64,000 nt of DNA from Thermodesulfobacteriota bacterium (GCA_965198945.1 CBDAQI010000011.1:32001-96000), one strand, 5' to 3'; numbered from the stretch's first letter, positions 29,095-40,432 are shown. The notes: generated from the sequence alone by a model not told the origin. Program-made: numbers and translations.

Positions 29095-29658
29095 TTAGCC
29101 GGATAACTCACGATAGCGAAAGCAATCAACCGTATGGTCATTGACCATACCCACCGCTTGCATAAAAGCGTAACAAATTGTTGAACCCACAAAGGTAAAA
29201 CCGCGTTTCTTTAAATCTTTAGACATTTTATCGGATACCTCGGTATTGGCCGGTATTTCTGATAATGACCGCCATGCATTCTGGATCACTTTGCCGTCGG
29301 TAAACTGCCAGATGTAATTATTAAATGTGCCAAATTCCTCCCGCACCTTAATAAAAGCCTTTGCGTTTGTTACCGTGCCGTTTACTTTGAGTTTATTTCT
29401 AATAATACCGGGATTATTCATCAATGACTTTATCCTGGTTGCTTTATAGTTTGCGACTTTATTAAAATCAAACCGGTCAAACACCTCGCGGTAAACCGGG
29501 CGCTTGCGTAATACCGTGATCCAGCTCAAACCGGCCTGGGCAGCTTCCAGAACCAGAAATTCAAATAATTTCCGATCGGTATGGACCGGGACACCCCACT
29601 CCCTGTCGTGATACTTAATATTGAGTGTGTCATCCCCACACCATTCACACCTAATCAT
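29095..29658 (-). CDS. tag: DNA-3-methyladenine glycosylase I
   Basis: RCEWC, YHDREWG, QAGLSW, GIIRNKLK, FVGSTICYAFMQAVGMVNDH. Confidence 0.95.
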   Translation of the reverse strand: MIRCEWCGDDTLNIKYHDREWGVPVHTDRKLFEFLVLEAAQAGLSWITVLRKRPVYREVFDRFDFNKVANYKATRIKSLMNNPGIIRNKLKVNGTVTNAKAFIKVREEFGTFNNYIWQFTDGKVIQNAWRSLSEIPANTEVSDKMSKDLKKRGFTFVGSTICYAFMQAVGMVNDHTVDCFRYRELSG

Positions 29659-29835
29659 GGCAAGCTTCCTTCATTGTTATTCAAATCAAAAAATTATTGA
29701 TGATACTTTAACATTATTTTGTACCTGTTTATGTGGCTGATAGATTTTGTCGTTTGGGTGGGTGGTGATAAAGGATTTGAAGGAGAGGGTTTTGGGTTTT
29801 CAGGGGGAAAAGGCGAAGATGGTTCAGCTTTCCTC

Positions 29836-30499
29836 CGTCATTCCCGCCCCGTTTTCACGGGGACAAGTTTGCGCGGTAATCCAGAATAACACTGAGAATA
29901 CCTTCAAGTCTTCTGATTTGATTTTTATTTTTATATGTGCAATTTTCCGCGAGGGGGGTGCCGGGTGTAATTTTTGCGATTATGAATACTGGATTCCCGT
30001 TTCTTTTCCGTCATTTCCGTTTTTTCTTTCGTCATTCCCGTGCAAGCGGGAATCTAGCATAACGCTGAGAATGCCTTCAAGTCTTCTGATTTGATTTTAT
30101 TTTTATATGTGCAATTTTCCGCGAGGGGTGCGGTGTGCAATTTTTGTGATTATGAATACTGGATTCCCGTTTCCACGGGAATGACGACGGGGGTGTTTTT
30201 CTCGTCATTTCCGCGAACGCATGTCCCCATCCCCGTTTTCACAGGGACATGCGTTCATGAGGACAATCTTCCACGGGAATGACGAAGGAGGTGTTTTTCT
30301 GTCATTCCTGCTTTTTCCCCATCATTTCCCGAAAGCGGGAATCCGGCATAACAATATGAATGCATTTAACTTTTCGGATTTTCATTCTTGCTTCTGCGGT
30401 TACAATCTTTTCCATGAATAATACTATTGCTGATTCCTTTGCTTCCGGTATTGAAAGAACCGCTCGTGAAATTCCGGATTCCCGTTTCCCGGGGTGGCA
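29836..30499. repeat. Tandem array of REP-doublet (REPIN/MITE-like) units
   Basis: Units bounded by cgtcattcccg...gggaatcYag and ctggattcccg...gggaatgacg; the ~100-bp cores at 29885-29988 and 30058-30158 are nearly identical. Confidence 0.85.
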
Positions 30500-30539
30500 A
30501 AACTCCGCCGGAATATAGTGGTAAACACACTGTCGCCAA

Positions 30540-32621
30540 ATGAAATACGACGCAAAAAATAAAAAAGACGTCCCGCCACCAGTGCCGGAGCCGGAAGAAT
30601 TTTTCCCCGAAGCGGTCATTGTCGGAGAAAAAACTTTTATGAATCCCGATGATGTCGCGTCTTATTTTCTCCCCGGAGGAAAAGTGGAAAAAACCTTTGG
30701 CGAGGGATACGAATTCAGAAAACATCAACAGTCCCTTGTGCGCGAAATCGCATCGGCTTTCAACGGCGACCACTTCTCGCTTCTTGAAGCGCCCACGGGC
30801 ATAGGAAAAACGCTTTCATATCTTCTGCCCGCAGCCAAATGGGCTGTTTTGAGCGGAGAGAAAGTCATTATTTCAACAAACACAATCAATCTTCAGGATC
30901 AAATTATCAGCAAGGGTATTCCTCTTCTTGGCGATGTTCTTGGACACAGGGTGGAATACGCTCTGGCAAAAGGGATGAGAAATTATCTGTGCCTGCTTCG
31001 TATGAATGAAGTGAAAAGCGAACTGCCGTTTGGACAGGGTTCCCGTCATTCCCGCGAAAGCGGGAATCCAGTATCGGGAGAGGCTACCGGAGAACTCCGG
31101 ACTCCCGAAGTGGTTTCCAAAGAGACCGGTTTGCACGGAAATGAAGAAATAAACCGCACAGACTTCGCGCGGGACGGGGAGGACGAGGCGCGGAGAATAA
31201 TTGAATGGGGAGAGAAAACCCGCGACGGTTCGGTTCCTGATATGGGCTGGACTCCTTCTGAGCGCCAGTGGGACAGGTTTGCCGCGGAAAGCGAAAGCTG
31301 TGTGAGAAGAGACTGCCCGCACTACGGCGAATGTTTCTTTTTCAAGGCGAGAAGGAAAATTGCCAAAGCTGACCTGATAGTTGTCAATCACCATCTTCTT
31401 TTTGCTGATATTTCCATCAAACATTCGGCGGGAAAAGATGACGCGGGTGTTCTGCCCCCGGCGGGCAGGCTTGTGATAGACGAAGCGCATAACATCGCAG
31501 GCTCCGCCACGGTTCATTTCACATTGAAGACATCCAGCCTCGGTGTTGCGAAAACTCTGAACCGTCTCACGCGCGCGGCTTCCCGCTCAGTCCGTCTCGC
31601 CGCAATGAACGGGAGCGCCACGGACGGACGCGTGTTGGAAATCCTTTCCGCAATGCGCAAGGTTCTGCTGCCGAGGATAAAAAAAGTGGAAAAGTCTTCC
31701 GGGCGATTTTTTGAATCACTGCGCAAATCCTTTGAAAAGGTCTCCGGAAAGGGGGTTCGTCGTTTCAGTGTTCGCGTTATGGATAGTGATCTTGAACAAG
31801 GCGGCCGGTGGGAGCAAGCCGCTTCTCTGTGTCCGGAAATGAGCGCCGGCATGGCGGATCTGTCGGGCGAGGTGAGCAAAGCTCTCGCCGTTCTCGGCGA
31901 ATCGGGGGGTGATGAAACTGTCGGTATTACGGCTGAGTTGAAAGCGGTTTTTGCGGGTCTTGTTCGTCACTGTGATGTGATACGCAGTTTTGCCGACACG
32001 GGAGTTTCCGCGGGATTTGTAAAAAGTGTTGAGGCGGGTGGGAAAAACGGAAGGAAGTTTGCGTCCGTCTCAGTTTCTCCGGTTGACATAGCCCCGTATT
32101 TGAAAGAGCAGCTTTATGACAGGTGTAAAACTCTGATACTGACTTCCGCTACACTGAGGGAAAAAAACGGTTTTGGGTTTCAGAAACGCTCTCTGGGGCT
32201 TGAAGAAAATGACAGGTTGGCTGAAATTGCGGTGTCTTCTCCTTTCAATCATAAGAGGCAGACGCTTCTCGTCCTGCCGGATGACTTGCCCGGGGCGGAG
32301 TCCGGAGAGGCTCATTTGAAAGCTCTTTCAGAAGCGATTTTTGATTTGACTCGGATTTCGCGCGGCGGCGCGCTTGTTCTTTTCACTTCTTATCAGCTTC
32401 TGGAAAAGGTGAGCGCCGCCTTATCCCCTGAGATTGAGCGGCTCGGCCTGAAGGTTTTGACTCAAGGGGATGCGCCGAGGGAAAGACTGCTCGCGGATTT
32501 CAAAGAGGACGGAAACGCCGTGCTTTTCGGCACTGACAGTTTTCGCGAAGGCGTTGACATTGCCGGAGACGCGCTGCGGCTTGTCATCATCACGGCTCTG
32601 CCGTTCAATTTTTTCAAATAA
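30540..32621 (+). pseudogene. dinG: DinG/YoaA-family FeS helicase, 3'-truncated (no motif VI)
   Basis: EAPTGIGKT, AKGMRNYLC, C..RDCP...C, VVNHHLL, DEAH, TSATL, LFTSY, FREGVD; stops right after LPF. Confidence 0.75.
31044..31146. repeat. REP doublet inserted in frame in dinG
   Basis: cgtcattcccgcgaaagcgggaatccag ... ccggactcccg ... ttgcacggaaatgaag. Confidence 0.8.
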
Positions 32622-32819
32622 CAGACCCCGGCGGACGGGTTCTTCATGAGGAGAGAAACGTTATAGGCAAAAGCTTTGTAAACTGGTTCGGGTTCAGCGG
32701 GCTTCCGGCTCCGCATGGCGGCTGGCTGGGCGTTACGGGGCAAATTACACTCTTTTAAGAAACGGACGCGCCGTTATTTATGAAAAAACTGATGTTTTTC
32801 TTGATAATCCCCGTATTCC

Positions 32820-32848
32820 TTGACAATAATGCCGTTACCGGATAGAAA
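32820..32848 (+). promoter_or_regulatory. str operon promoter
   Basis: TTGACA-N17-TAGAAA upstream of rpsL. Confidence 0.55.
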
Positions 32849-32889
32849 TAGCGCTCTGTTTTTCAGGAAACGGAAGCGGAAATAAAGTA

Positions 32890-33261
32890 ATGCCGAGCGT
32901 AAATCAACTCATAAGAAAAGGCAGGAAACGCATGGTCGTGAAAACCAGTTCGCCCGCCCTTCAGAACAACCCCCAGAAAAGAGGAGTTTGCGTGAGGGTT
33001 TACACCACGACTCCGAAAAAACCAAACTCGGCGATGAGAAAAGTGGCGAGAGTGAGGCTTACAAACGGCATTGAAGTGACGGCTTACATACCGGGGGAAG
33101 GGCACTCGCTGCAGGAGCACTCCGTTGTTCTCGTCCGCGGCGGCAGAGTGAAGGATCTTCCCGGCGTCCGCTACCATATCGTAAGGGGTTCGCTTGACTC
33201 AACAGGCGTTGAAAACAGACGCAGAGGGCGTTCAAAATACGGCAGCAAAAAACCCAAATAG
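32890..33261 (+). CDS. rpsL: 30S ribosomal protein S12
   Basis: [21 protein letters not shown]. Confidence 0.99.
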   Translation: MPSVNQLIRKGRKRMVVKTSSPALQNNPQKRGVCVRVYTTTPKKPNSAMRKVARVRLTNGIEVTAYIPGEGHSLQEHSVVLVRGGRVKDLPGVRYHIVRGSLDSTGVENRRRGRSKYGSKKPK

Positions 33262-33272
33262 AGTGAAAGAAA

Positions 33273-33746
33273 ATGTCCAGAAAAAGTTCATCATCAAGGC
33301 CCAAAGCTGAGGCCGACCCGCGCTTCGGCGATGTTTTTATCGGGAAATTTATAAATTCTCTTATGCTTGACGGGAAAAAAAGCAAAGCGGAGAAAATATT
33401 TTACGATGTTATTGATTTAATAGGGGAGAGGGCTAAAACCAAGGAGCCGATCAAGGTTTTCTTCTCGGCCATGGACAATGTCAAGCCGTCTCTGGAAGTA
33501 AGGTCAAGACGGGTCGGCGGAGCGACCTATCAGGTTCCGATGGATGTGAAGCCGGTTCGCAGAAACTACCTTGCAATACGTTGGCTTCTTGACGCGGCCC
33601 GTAAGAGAAAAGAACACGGAGTGCGTGAAAAACTGGTTGCGGAGATACTTGACGCTTCCCAAAACCGCGGAACGGCGATCAAAAAGAGGGAAGACACCCA
33701 TAAAATGGCCGAAGCCAACAGAGCTTTCGCCCATTACAGATGGTAA
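33273..33746 (+). CDS. rpsG: 30S ribosomal protein S7
   Basis: [24 protein letters not shown]. Confidence 0.99.
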   Translation: MSRKSSSSRPKAEADPRFGDVFIGKFINSLMLDGKKSKAEKIFYDVIDLIGERAKTKEPIKVFFSAMDNVKPSLEVRSRRVGGATYQVPMDVKPVRRNYLAIRWLLDAARKRKEHGVREKLVAEILDASQNRGTAIKKREDTHKMAEANRAFAHYRW

Positions 33747-33759
33747 GAGAGAGGGGCAA

Positions 33760-35844
33760 ATGGCGGAAGAAACTAAAGTCCCCATGGAGAGGGTGCGCAA
33801 CATAGGGATTGTGGCGCACATAGACGCGGGAAAAACCACCACCACCGAACGCATTCTTTTCTACACCGGGCTTACCTACAAAATAGGAGAGGTTCATGAA
33901 GGCACCGCCACCATGGACTGGATGGAGCAGGAAAGAGAGCGCGGCATAACAATTACCTCAGCCACTACGACCTGTTTCTGGGACGACCACAGAATCAATA
34001 TAGTTGACACCCCCGGACACGTTGATTTTACGATAGAAGTTGAGCGTTCGCTGAAAGTGCTTGACGGCGCCGTCGTCGTGTTTGACTGTGTCGGCGGTGT
34101 TGAGCCTCAAACCGAAACGGTCTGGAGACAGGCTGACCGCTACGGGGTTCCGAGAATATGCTTTGTCAACAAGATGGACAGAACCGGAGCGGATTTTTTC
34201 AAGGTTGTCAAACAGGTTGAAGAACGGCTCAACGCGCGTCCTGTATATATGCACATACCTTGGTTTGAGGGAGAGGAGTTCAGGGGAATAATAGACCTTG
34301 TCTCATGCAATCTTGCAGTCTGGGACGGGGAATCTCTCGGAGCCAAATTTGAACTGAAAGACATACCGGAAGACTGCCGCGAGCAGTTCCAGACCGGCCG
34401 CAAGCAGCTTCTTGAAGCCCTGTCTGATTTTGACGACTCCATAATGGAGGCATATCTGGGAGATGAGGAATTGGACACTGCGTCCGTTAAAAAAGTCATA
34501 AGAGAGCAGACCATAGCGCTGAATATCATTCCGGTGTTTTGCGGTTCCGCTTTCAAAAACAAAGGGGTTCAGCTTCTGCTTGACGCCGTTGTTGACTATC
34601 TTCCCTCTCCGGTGGATCTTCCGCCGATTGGCGGCAAGAAGGAAGACGGCTCTGATGATGTCAGAGTGTCAGACCCTGATGCGCCTTTCTCAGCGCTCGC
34701 ATTTAAGATCATGACCGACCCTTTTGTGGGGCAGCTTACATATATAAGGGTTTATTCCGGGAAGCTGATTTCAGGCAGCACGGTGCTTAACTCAACAAAA
34801 GGGAAAAAAGAGAAAATAGGGCGTCTGGTGAGGATGCACGCCAATAAAAGAGAGGAAATCAAAGAGACCGGCGCGGGCGGAATAGTGGCCGCGGTGGGTC
34901 TTAAAACTTCCGTAACGGGAGACACGCTCTGTGATCTGCAGAACCCGATTGTTCTTGAGAGTTTGAACATATCAGACCCGGTCATATCAATTGCGATTGA
35001 GCCCAAGTCAAAGGCCGATCAGGAAAAACTGGGAATGTCACTTTCAAGGCTTGCTCTTGAAGATCCCTCTTTCAGGGTGAAGAGCGATGAGGAAACCGGC
35101 CAGACTGTCATATCGGGAATGGGTGAGCTTCACCTTGAGGTTATTGTTGACAGGCTTTCAAGGGAGTTCAATGTAGATGCTAATGTCGGAAGACCGCAGG
35201 TTGCCTACAGGGAAACCATAGTCGGCAATTCCGATGTTGACGCCAAATTTATAAGGCAGACCGGCGGCCGCGGTCAATACGGACATGTGAAAATCAAAAT
35301 GGAGCCGCTTGAGAGAGGACAGGGTTTTGAGTTTGTTGACCAGATCAAGGGCGGTGTGATACCGAGAGAGTATATTCCGGCCGTTGAGAAGGGCATAAAA
35401 GAGGTTATGGAAACCGGTGTGGTTTCCGGTTACCCGGTTGTTGATGTGAAAGTTACGCTCTACGACGGTTCATTCCATGAGGTGGATTCATCAGAAATCG
35501 CTTTCAAGATAGTGGGCTCAATGGCTTTCAAAGATGCGTTTACAAAGGCCTCTCCGTCCATCCTTGAGCCGGTGATGAGCCTGGAAGTGGTGACGCCTGA
35601 AGATTTTACCGGAAGTGTAATAGGAGATTTGAGTTCCAGAAGAGGGAAGATAGTGAGCACTGAGATGCGCGGGGCGATGCAGGCGGTTAAATCGGATGTT
35701 CCACTTGGTGAAGTGTTCGGATATGCTACGGAGTTGAGGTCAATGACCGAGGGAAGGGCTTCGTTTACAATGGAATTTGCCCGTTATGAGATTCTTCCGT
35801 CCGGCATGGCGGAGGAGCTCAAGGCTGCGGCGCAGTCAAATTGA
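33760..35844 (+). CDS. fusA: Elongation factor G
   Basis: [30 protein letters not shown]; start at ATG 33760. Confidence 0.99.
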   Translation: MAEETKVPMERVRNIGIVAHIDAGKTTTTERILFYTGLTYKIGEVHEGTATMDWMEQERERGITITSATTTCFWDDHRINIVDTPGHVDFTIEVERSLKVLDGAVVVFDCVGGVEPQTETVWRQADRYGVPRICFVNKMDRTGADFFKVVKQVEERLNARPVYMHIPWFEGEEFRGIIDLVSCNLAVWDGESLGAKFELKDIPEDCREQFQTGRKQLLEALSDFDDSIMEAYLGDEELDTASVKKVIREQTIALNIIPVFCGSAFKNKGVQLLLDAVVDYLPSPVDLPPIGGKKEDGSDDVRVSDPDAPFSALAFKIMTDPFVGQLTYIRVYSGKLISGSTVLNSTKGKKEKIGRLVRMHANKREEIKETGAGGIVAAVGLKTSVTGDTLCDLQNPIVLESLNISDPVISIAIEPKSKADQEKLGMSLSRLALEDPSFRVKSDEETGQTVISGMGELHLEVIVDRLSREFNVDANVGRPQVAYRETIVGNSDVDAKFIRQTGGRGQYGHVKIKMEPLERGQGFEFVDQIKGGVIPREYIPAVEKGIKEVMETGVVSGYPVVDVKVTLYDGSFHEVDSSEIAFKIVGSMAFKDAFTKASPSILEPVMSLEVVTPEDFTGSVIGDLSSRRGKIVSTEMRGAMQAVKSDVPLGEVFGYATELRSMTEGRASFTMEFARYEILPSGMAEELKAAAQSN

Positions 35845-35892
35845 TTGGAGTGATGAGAATGAATTTTTCTTTTTTCAGGAGGTGTTTGAGAT

Positions 35893-37068
35893 ATGTCTAA
35901 GGCGAAGTTTGAGAGGGGCAAGCCTCATTTGAACATAGGGACTATTGGTCATGTTGATCACGGCAAGACTACGCTTACGGCTGCGATAACGAAGGTTTTG
36001 GACATGGCGGAGTTTGTGGAGTTTGGGGACATAGACAAGTCTCCTGAGGAGAAGGACAGGGGGATAACGATAAACATATCTCATGTTGAGTATGAGACTG
36101 AGGGGCGTCATTATGCTCATGTTGACTGTCCCGGTCATGCGGATTATGTGAAGAACATGATAACGGGGGCGGCGCAGATGGACGGTGCGATACTGGTTGT
36201 GAGCGCTCCTGACGGTCCCATGCCACAGACGCGGGAGCACATCTTGCTTGCGCGTCAGGTTGGAGTTCCTTCAATAGTGGTTGCGTTGAACAAGGTGGAC
36301 ATGCTGGATGATCCTGAGCTTTTGGATTTGGTTGAGCTTGAGATACGGGAGTTGTTGAACGAGTATAAGTTTCCGGGCGATGATATACCGATAATGAAGG
36401 TGAGCGCTTTGAAGGCTCTTGAGGGAGACGGAGATGCTGCGGGTCAGATACGGGAGTTGATGTCTGCGGTGGACGGATATGTGCCTGAGCCTGTGCGCGA
36501 GGTTGACAAGCCTTTTATTATGGCTGTGGAGGATGTGTTTACGATATCGGGTCGCGGCACGGTTGTTACGGGCAGGGTTGAGCGCGGCAGGATAGAGGCT
36601 GGTGATGAGGTTGAGATAGTGGGGTTTAGTGAGACGGTGAAGACGGTTGCGACGAGTCTTGAGATGTTCAGGAAGATACTGGATGATGCGGTTGCGGGGG
36701 ACAATGTGGGTGTGCTGCTGCGTGGGATAGAGAAGGATTCTGTTGAGCGTGGTCAGGTTTTGTCTGCGGTGGGGAGCATTACGCCTCACAAGAAGTTTTC
36801 TGCGGAGGTGTATGTGTTGAAGAAGGAGGAGGGTGGTCGTCACACTCCTTTTTTCCCCGGGTATCGTCCTCAGTTTTATTTGCGGACTACGGATGTGACG
36901 GGTTCTGTGAAGCTGCCCGATGGTGTGGAGATGGTGATGCCGGGCGATAATGTGAATATGGAAGTGGAGCTGATAGCTCCGGTGGCGATGGAAGAGCAGC
37001 TCCGTTTTGCAATCAGGGAAGGGGGCAGAACCGTGGGAGCCGGCGTCGTTACCGGAATTATTGAGTAG
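35893..37068 (+). CDS. tuf: Elongation factor Tu
   Basis: [34 protein letters not shown]. Confidence 0.99.
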   Translation: MSKAKFERGKPHLNIGTIGHVDHGKTTLTAAITKVLDMAEFVEFGDIDKSPEEKDRGITINISHVEYETEGRHYAHVDCPGHADYVKNMITGAAQMDGAILVVSAPDGPMPQTREHILLARQVGVPSIVVALNKVDMLDDPELLDLVELEIRELLNEYKFPGDDIPIMKVSALKALEGDGDAAGQIRELMSAVDGYVPEPVREVDKPFIMAVEDVFTISGRGTVVTGRVERGRIEAGDEVEIVGFSETVKTVATSLEMFRKILDDAVAGDNVGVLLRGIEKDSVERGQVLSAVGSITPHKKFSAEVYVLKKEEGGRHTPFFPGYRPQFYLRTTDVTGSVKLPDGVEMVMPGDNVNMEVELIAPVAMEEQLRFAIREGGRTVGAGVVTGIIE

Positions 37069-37073
37069 CAAAT

Positions 37074-37388
37074 ATGAATATTGCTTCAAAAATAAGAATA
37101 AAACTCAAGTCTTTTGACCACCGTCTTATTGACAAGTCGGTTTTTGAGATAGCGGATACGGCGAAAAGAACCGGAGCAAAAATTTCCGGCCCTCTTCCCC
37201 TTCCCACAATGATACGCAGGTTTTGTGTCCTCAGGTCTCCGCATGTGAATAAAAATTCAAGGGAGCATTTTGAGGTCAGAACCCACAAAAGAATAGTCTA
37301 CATACTTGAGCCCACCCATCAGACGGTTGATGAGCTTATGAAACTGGATTTGGCTTCGGGAGTTGATGTTGACATTAAACTCACATAA
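37074..37388 (+). CDS. rpsJ: 30S ribosomal protein S10
   Basis: [20 protein letters not shown]. Confidence 0.98.
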   Translation: MNIASKIRIKLKSFDHRLIDKSVFEIADTAKRTGAKISGPLPLPTMIRRFCVLRSPHVNKNSREHFEVRTHKRIVYILEPTHQTVDELMKLDLASGVDVDIKLT

Positions 37389-37399
37389 AAGGTGATGAA

Positions 37400-38041
37400 A
37401 TGATAGGCGGTCTCATAGGTAAAAAAGTGGCGATGACTCAGGTGTTTCAGGACGGTACCACCCTTGTTCCGGTTACCGTGCTTGAAGTCGGTCCCTGTTA
37501 TGTGATTCAGAAAAAGACTCCTGAAAAAGACGGTTACTCCTCGGTTCAGATCGGATACGGGGAGGATTTTTCCGCAAACAAGGCGTCAACAGGCCACTGC
37601 GCCGCCGCAGGCCTTCCGGCAATGAAGAGAGTGGTTGAAGTCCGCTGTGGTGACGGAGAAATTAAGCCCGGAGACATTTTTACCGCGGATTTTTTCAAAG
37701 AGGGAGACAGGGTGGATGTAATTGGCACGGGGAAGGGTAAAGGTTTTACCGGTGTGATGAAAAGGCACGGATTTGCGGGTCAGCCCGCTTCACACGGCGG
37801 CAAAGCCCACCGCAGGCCGGGCTCAATAGGGCAGGCGTCTTATCCGGCTCGCGTCTGGAAGGGGATTAAAATGGCGGGAAGATCCGGCGGAAAAGGCATT
37901 ACAACTCAAGGTTTGAGAGTTGTTTCCGTTGATATTGAGAAAAATCTTGTTAGTGTAAAGGGCGCGGTTCCGGGGCGGCGCGGTTCAGACGTATTTATAA
38001 GACATTCCGTAAAAGGAGGCGGTCAGGTTGCCGACGGTTGA
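37400..38041 (+). CDS. rplC: 50S ribosomal protein L3
   Basis: GKKVAMTQ, KGKGFTGVMKRH, RRPGSIG. Confidence 0.98.
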   Translation: MIGGLIGKKVAMTQVFQDGTTLVPVTVLEVGPCYVIQKKTPEKDGYSSVQIGYGEDFSANKASTGHCAAAGLPAMKRVVEVRCGDGEIKPGDIFTADFFKEGDRVDVIGTGKGKGFTGVMKRHGFAGQPASHGGKAHRRPGSIGQASYPARVWKGIKMAGRSGGKGITTQGLRVVSVDIEKNLVSVKGAVPGRRGSDVFIRHSVKGGGQVADG

Positions 38042-38657
38042 AGTATATGACATGAGCAAAAATCAGGTCGGGACTCTTGATTTGAACAATGAAGTTTTTG
38101 AGTCTCCGGTCAGAGAAGACCTGATACAGCTTGTCGTAAAATGGCAGCTTGCCGCGGCGAGAAGCGGTACCGCGTCCGCGAAAACGCGCGGCGAGGTAAG
38201 CGGCGGAGGCTCCAAGCCGTGGAAGCAGAAACACTCGGGCCGCGCAAGACACGGCTCCACAAGATCTCCGATATGGAGGAAGGGCGGCGTTACTTTTGGT
38301 CCCAAGCCCAAAGACTGGTCTTTCAGTGTTCCCCGCAAAGTCAGGAAACAGGCTCTCAGGTCGGCTTTGTCGGCGAGGTTCCGTGACGGCGCAATCAAGG
38401 TCGTCAAAGACTTGAGCCTTTCTGAAATAAAAACAAAAACGGTTGCGGACATGCTAAAAAATTTTGGAGTCGCAAGCGCTCTCTTTGTTGATGTTCCGAA
38501 CGGCGCCTCGGAAAACTTTGCCAAGTCGGCAAATAACATTCCCCGCGTCAAAATGCTGGCGGACAAGGGAATCAACGTTTACGACACTTTGGGGTTTGAC
38601 GGTTTGATAATGACAGTTGATGCGGTCAAATCAGTGCAGGAGGCTCTTTCACATTGA
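38028..38657 (+). CDS. rplD: 50S ribosomal protein L4
   Basis: KPWKQKHSGRARHGS, GGVTFGPKP. Confidence 0.98.
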   Translation: MPTVEVYDMSKNQVGTLDLNNEVFESPVREDLIQLVVKWQLAAARSGTASAKTRGEVSGGGSKPWKQKHSGRARHGSTRSPIWRKGGVTFGPKPKDWSFSVPRKVRKQALRSALSARFRDGAIKVVKDLSLSEIKTKTVADMLKNFGVASALFVDVPNGASENFAKSANNIPRVKMLADKGINVYDTLGFDGLIMTVDAVKSVQEALSH

Positions 38658-38941
38658 AAAGCCCGCATCAGATTCTCAGAACACCTCTTGTGACCGAAAA
38701 GAGTTTTTCTCTGCGTGAGAAGGGCTGGTATGTTTTTTCGGTTGATGAGAAGAGCAAAAAGCATCAGATAAAAGACTCCGTTGAAAAGTCTTTCGGGGTG
38801 AAAGTGGGTAGAGTTAGAACCTCAATCGTTCCCGGAAAAAAGGTAAAAAGGGGCGGGCGCCTGGCCGGGAGAAGGCCGGGATTTAAGAAGGCATATGTGA
38901 AGGTTGTTGAGGGAACGATAGAGATATTTGAGGGATTATAA
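38654..38941 (+). CDS. rplW: 50S ribosomal protein L23
   Basis: PLVTEKS, KKAYV; operon position. Confidence 0.95.
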   Translation: MKSPHQILRTPLVTEKSFSLREKGWYVFSVDEKSKKHQIKDSVEKSFGVKVGRVRTSIVPGKKVKRGGRLAGRRPGFKKAYVKVVEGTIEIFEGL

Positions 38942-39783
38942 TGGGAATAAGAAAATTCAACCCGACAACTCCGGGAACACGTTTCAGAACCGGCGAGGAC
39001 TTTACCGAAGTTACTTCTTCCGTTCCTCACAAGCCGCTGGTCTCTTCAATACCTAACAGGGCGGGAAGAGGAAGCGGGGGCAGAATCTCAAGCTACAACC
39101 GCGGCGGCGGACACAAAAGGCTTTACAGAAACGTGGATTTCAAGAGAAATAAAAGCGGAGTGCCGGCAAAGGTTGCTTCAATAGAGTATGATCCTTACAG
39201 GTCTGCGAGAATAGCTCTTCTCAATTATGCGGACGGTGAAAAAAGATATATTGTCGCATCCGAGGGGCTGTCCGTCGGAGACACGGTTGTGTCCGGCGCG
39301 GGCTCGGAAGTCGCCCCCGGTAACGCGCTGAAACTCAGAGAGATTCCCACCGGTGTTTTTGTTCATAATGTTGAGATTCGTCCCGGAGGCGGCGCCAAAA
39401 TCGCACGCTCGGCGGGAAGCTCCGTTCAGATTACCGCCAAAGAGGGAGACCGCGCCCTGTTAAAACTTCCGTCGGGTGAGATAAGAATGGTCAGTCTTGA
39501 GTGCATGGCGACCTTGGGCAGAGTGGGAAACTCCGAGCACGAACTTGTCTCAATCGGAAAAGCCGGAAGAAACAGGCACAGACGCCGCAGACCCAAAGTG
39601 AGGGGTGTGGCGATGAATCCGGTTGACCATCCGCACGGCGGCGGAGAGGGAAAAGCCACAAAGGGAAATCCCCATCCCGTTTCTCCGTGGGGTTGGATAA
39701 CAATCGGATACAAAACAAGGAAGAACAAAAGGACCGACAAATACATCGTCAGGCCCAGAAGGGTCGGATACGGGATGGATTAA
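38941..39783 (+). CDS. rplB: 50S ribosomal protein L2
   Basis: [26 protein letters not shown]. Confidence 0.99.
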   Translation: MGIRKFNPTTPGTRFRTGEDFTEVTSSVPHKPLVSSIPNRAGRGSGGRISSYNRGGGHKRLYRNVDFKRNKSGVPAKVASIEYDPYRSARIALLNYADGEKRYIVASEGLSVGDTVVSGAGSEVAPGNALKLREIPTGVFVHNVEIRPGGGAKIARSAGSSVQITAKEGDRALLKLPSGEIRMVSLECMATLGRVGNSEHELVSIGKAGRNRHRRRRPKVRGVAMNPVDHPHGGGEGKATKGNPHPVSPWGWITIGYKTRKNKRTDKYIVRPRRVGYGMD

Positions 39784-39792
39784 GAGGGGATA

Positions 39793-40080
39793 ATGGCAGC
39801 GGAATCACAAAAAAAACCATATGTTCACGAGAAGCTTCTCAAGAAGGTCATGGCGGCAAAAGATAAGAAAAAGGGCGATGTTTACATTAAAACATGGTCG
39901 CGGGCGTCAATGGTGATACCGGATATGATAGGTCTTACAATAGCGGTTTATAACGGAAGAAGGTTTATCCCCATTTCCATAAACGAACATATGATAGGAC
40001 ACAAACTCGGGGAATTTTCGCCGACAAGGACTTTTCAGTCACACGCGGGCGGTGACAAAAAATCAAAGGTGGGCAGGTAG
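39793..40080 (+). CDS. rpsS: 30S ribosomal protein S19
   Basis: [18 protein letters not shown]. Confidence 0.98.
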   Translation: MAAESQKKPYVHEKLLKKVMAAKDKKKGDVYIKTWSRASMVIPDMIGLTIAVYNGRRFIPISINEHMIGHKLGEFSPTRTFQSHAGGDKKSKVGR

Positions 40081-40092
40081 GAATTAACATCC

Positions 40093-40431
40093 GTGGTTTC
40101 AAAATCAATTCTTAAATACTACAGAATGTCTCCGCAAAAGGTTCGTCTGGTTGTTTCTCTCATAAGGGGCAAGAATGTGGAGGAAGCCTTTTCGACTCTC
40201 TATCTGACACGTAAGAGATGCGCTCCGGTTCTTGCCAATCTTCTGAAGTCCGCCGTTGCGAACGCCTCGGAAAAGGGCTATTCGGAGCCGGAAGACTTAT
40301 ACATAAAGGAAATTTACGCAGATGAAGGGCCGACCCTTAAACGTTTCAAGGCGAGAGCCATGGGAAGGGCTTTTCAGAGAAAAAGAAGAACGAGCCACAT
40401 AACAATAGTGCTTGAGAGGAAGGGACTGTAA
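40093..40431 (+). CDS. rplV: 50S ribosomal protein L22
   Basis: SPQKVRLV, SAVANA, RAMGRA, SHITI. Confidence 0.98.
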   Translation: MVSKSILKYYRMSPQKVRLVVSLIRGKNVEEAFSTLYLTRKRCAPVLANLLKSAVANASEKGYSEPEDLYIKEIYADEGPTLKRFKARAMGRAFQRKRRTSHITIVLERKGL

Positions 40432-40432
40432 T

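Noticed and set aside
29836..30499. CRISPR array, or the short ORFs (29747, 30091, 30221, 30302) as genes
   Set aside because: Repeats are inverted pairs with duplicated rather than unique spacers; the ORFs are translations of repeat DNA.
36271..37089. 272-aa antisense ORF over tuf
   Set aside because: A low-complexity His/Leu/Arg product expected from tuf's skewed codon usage.
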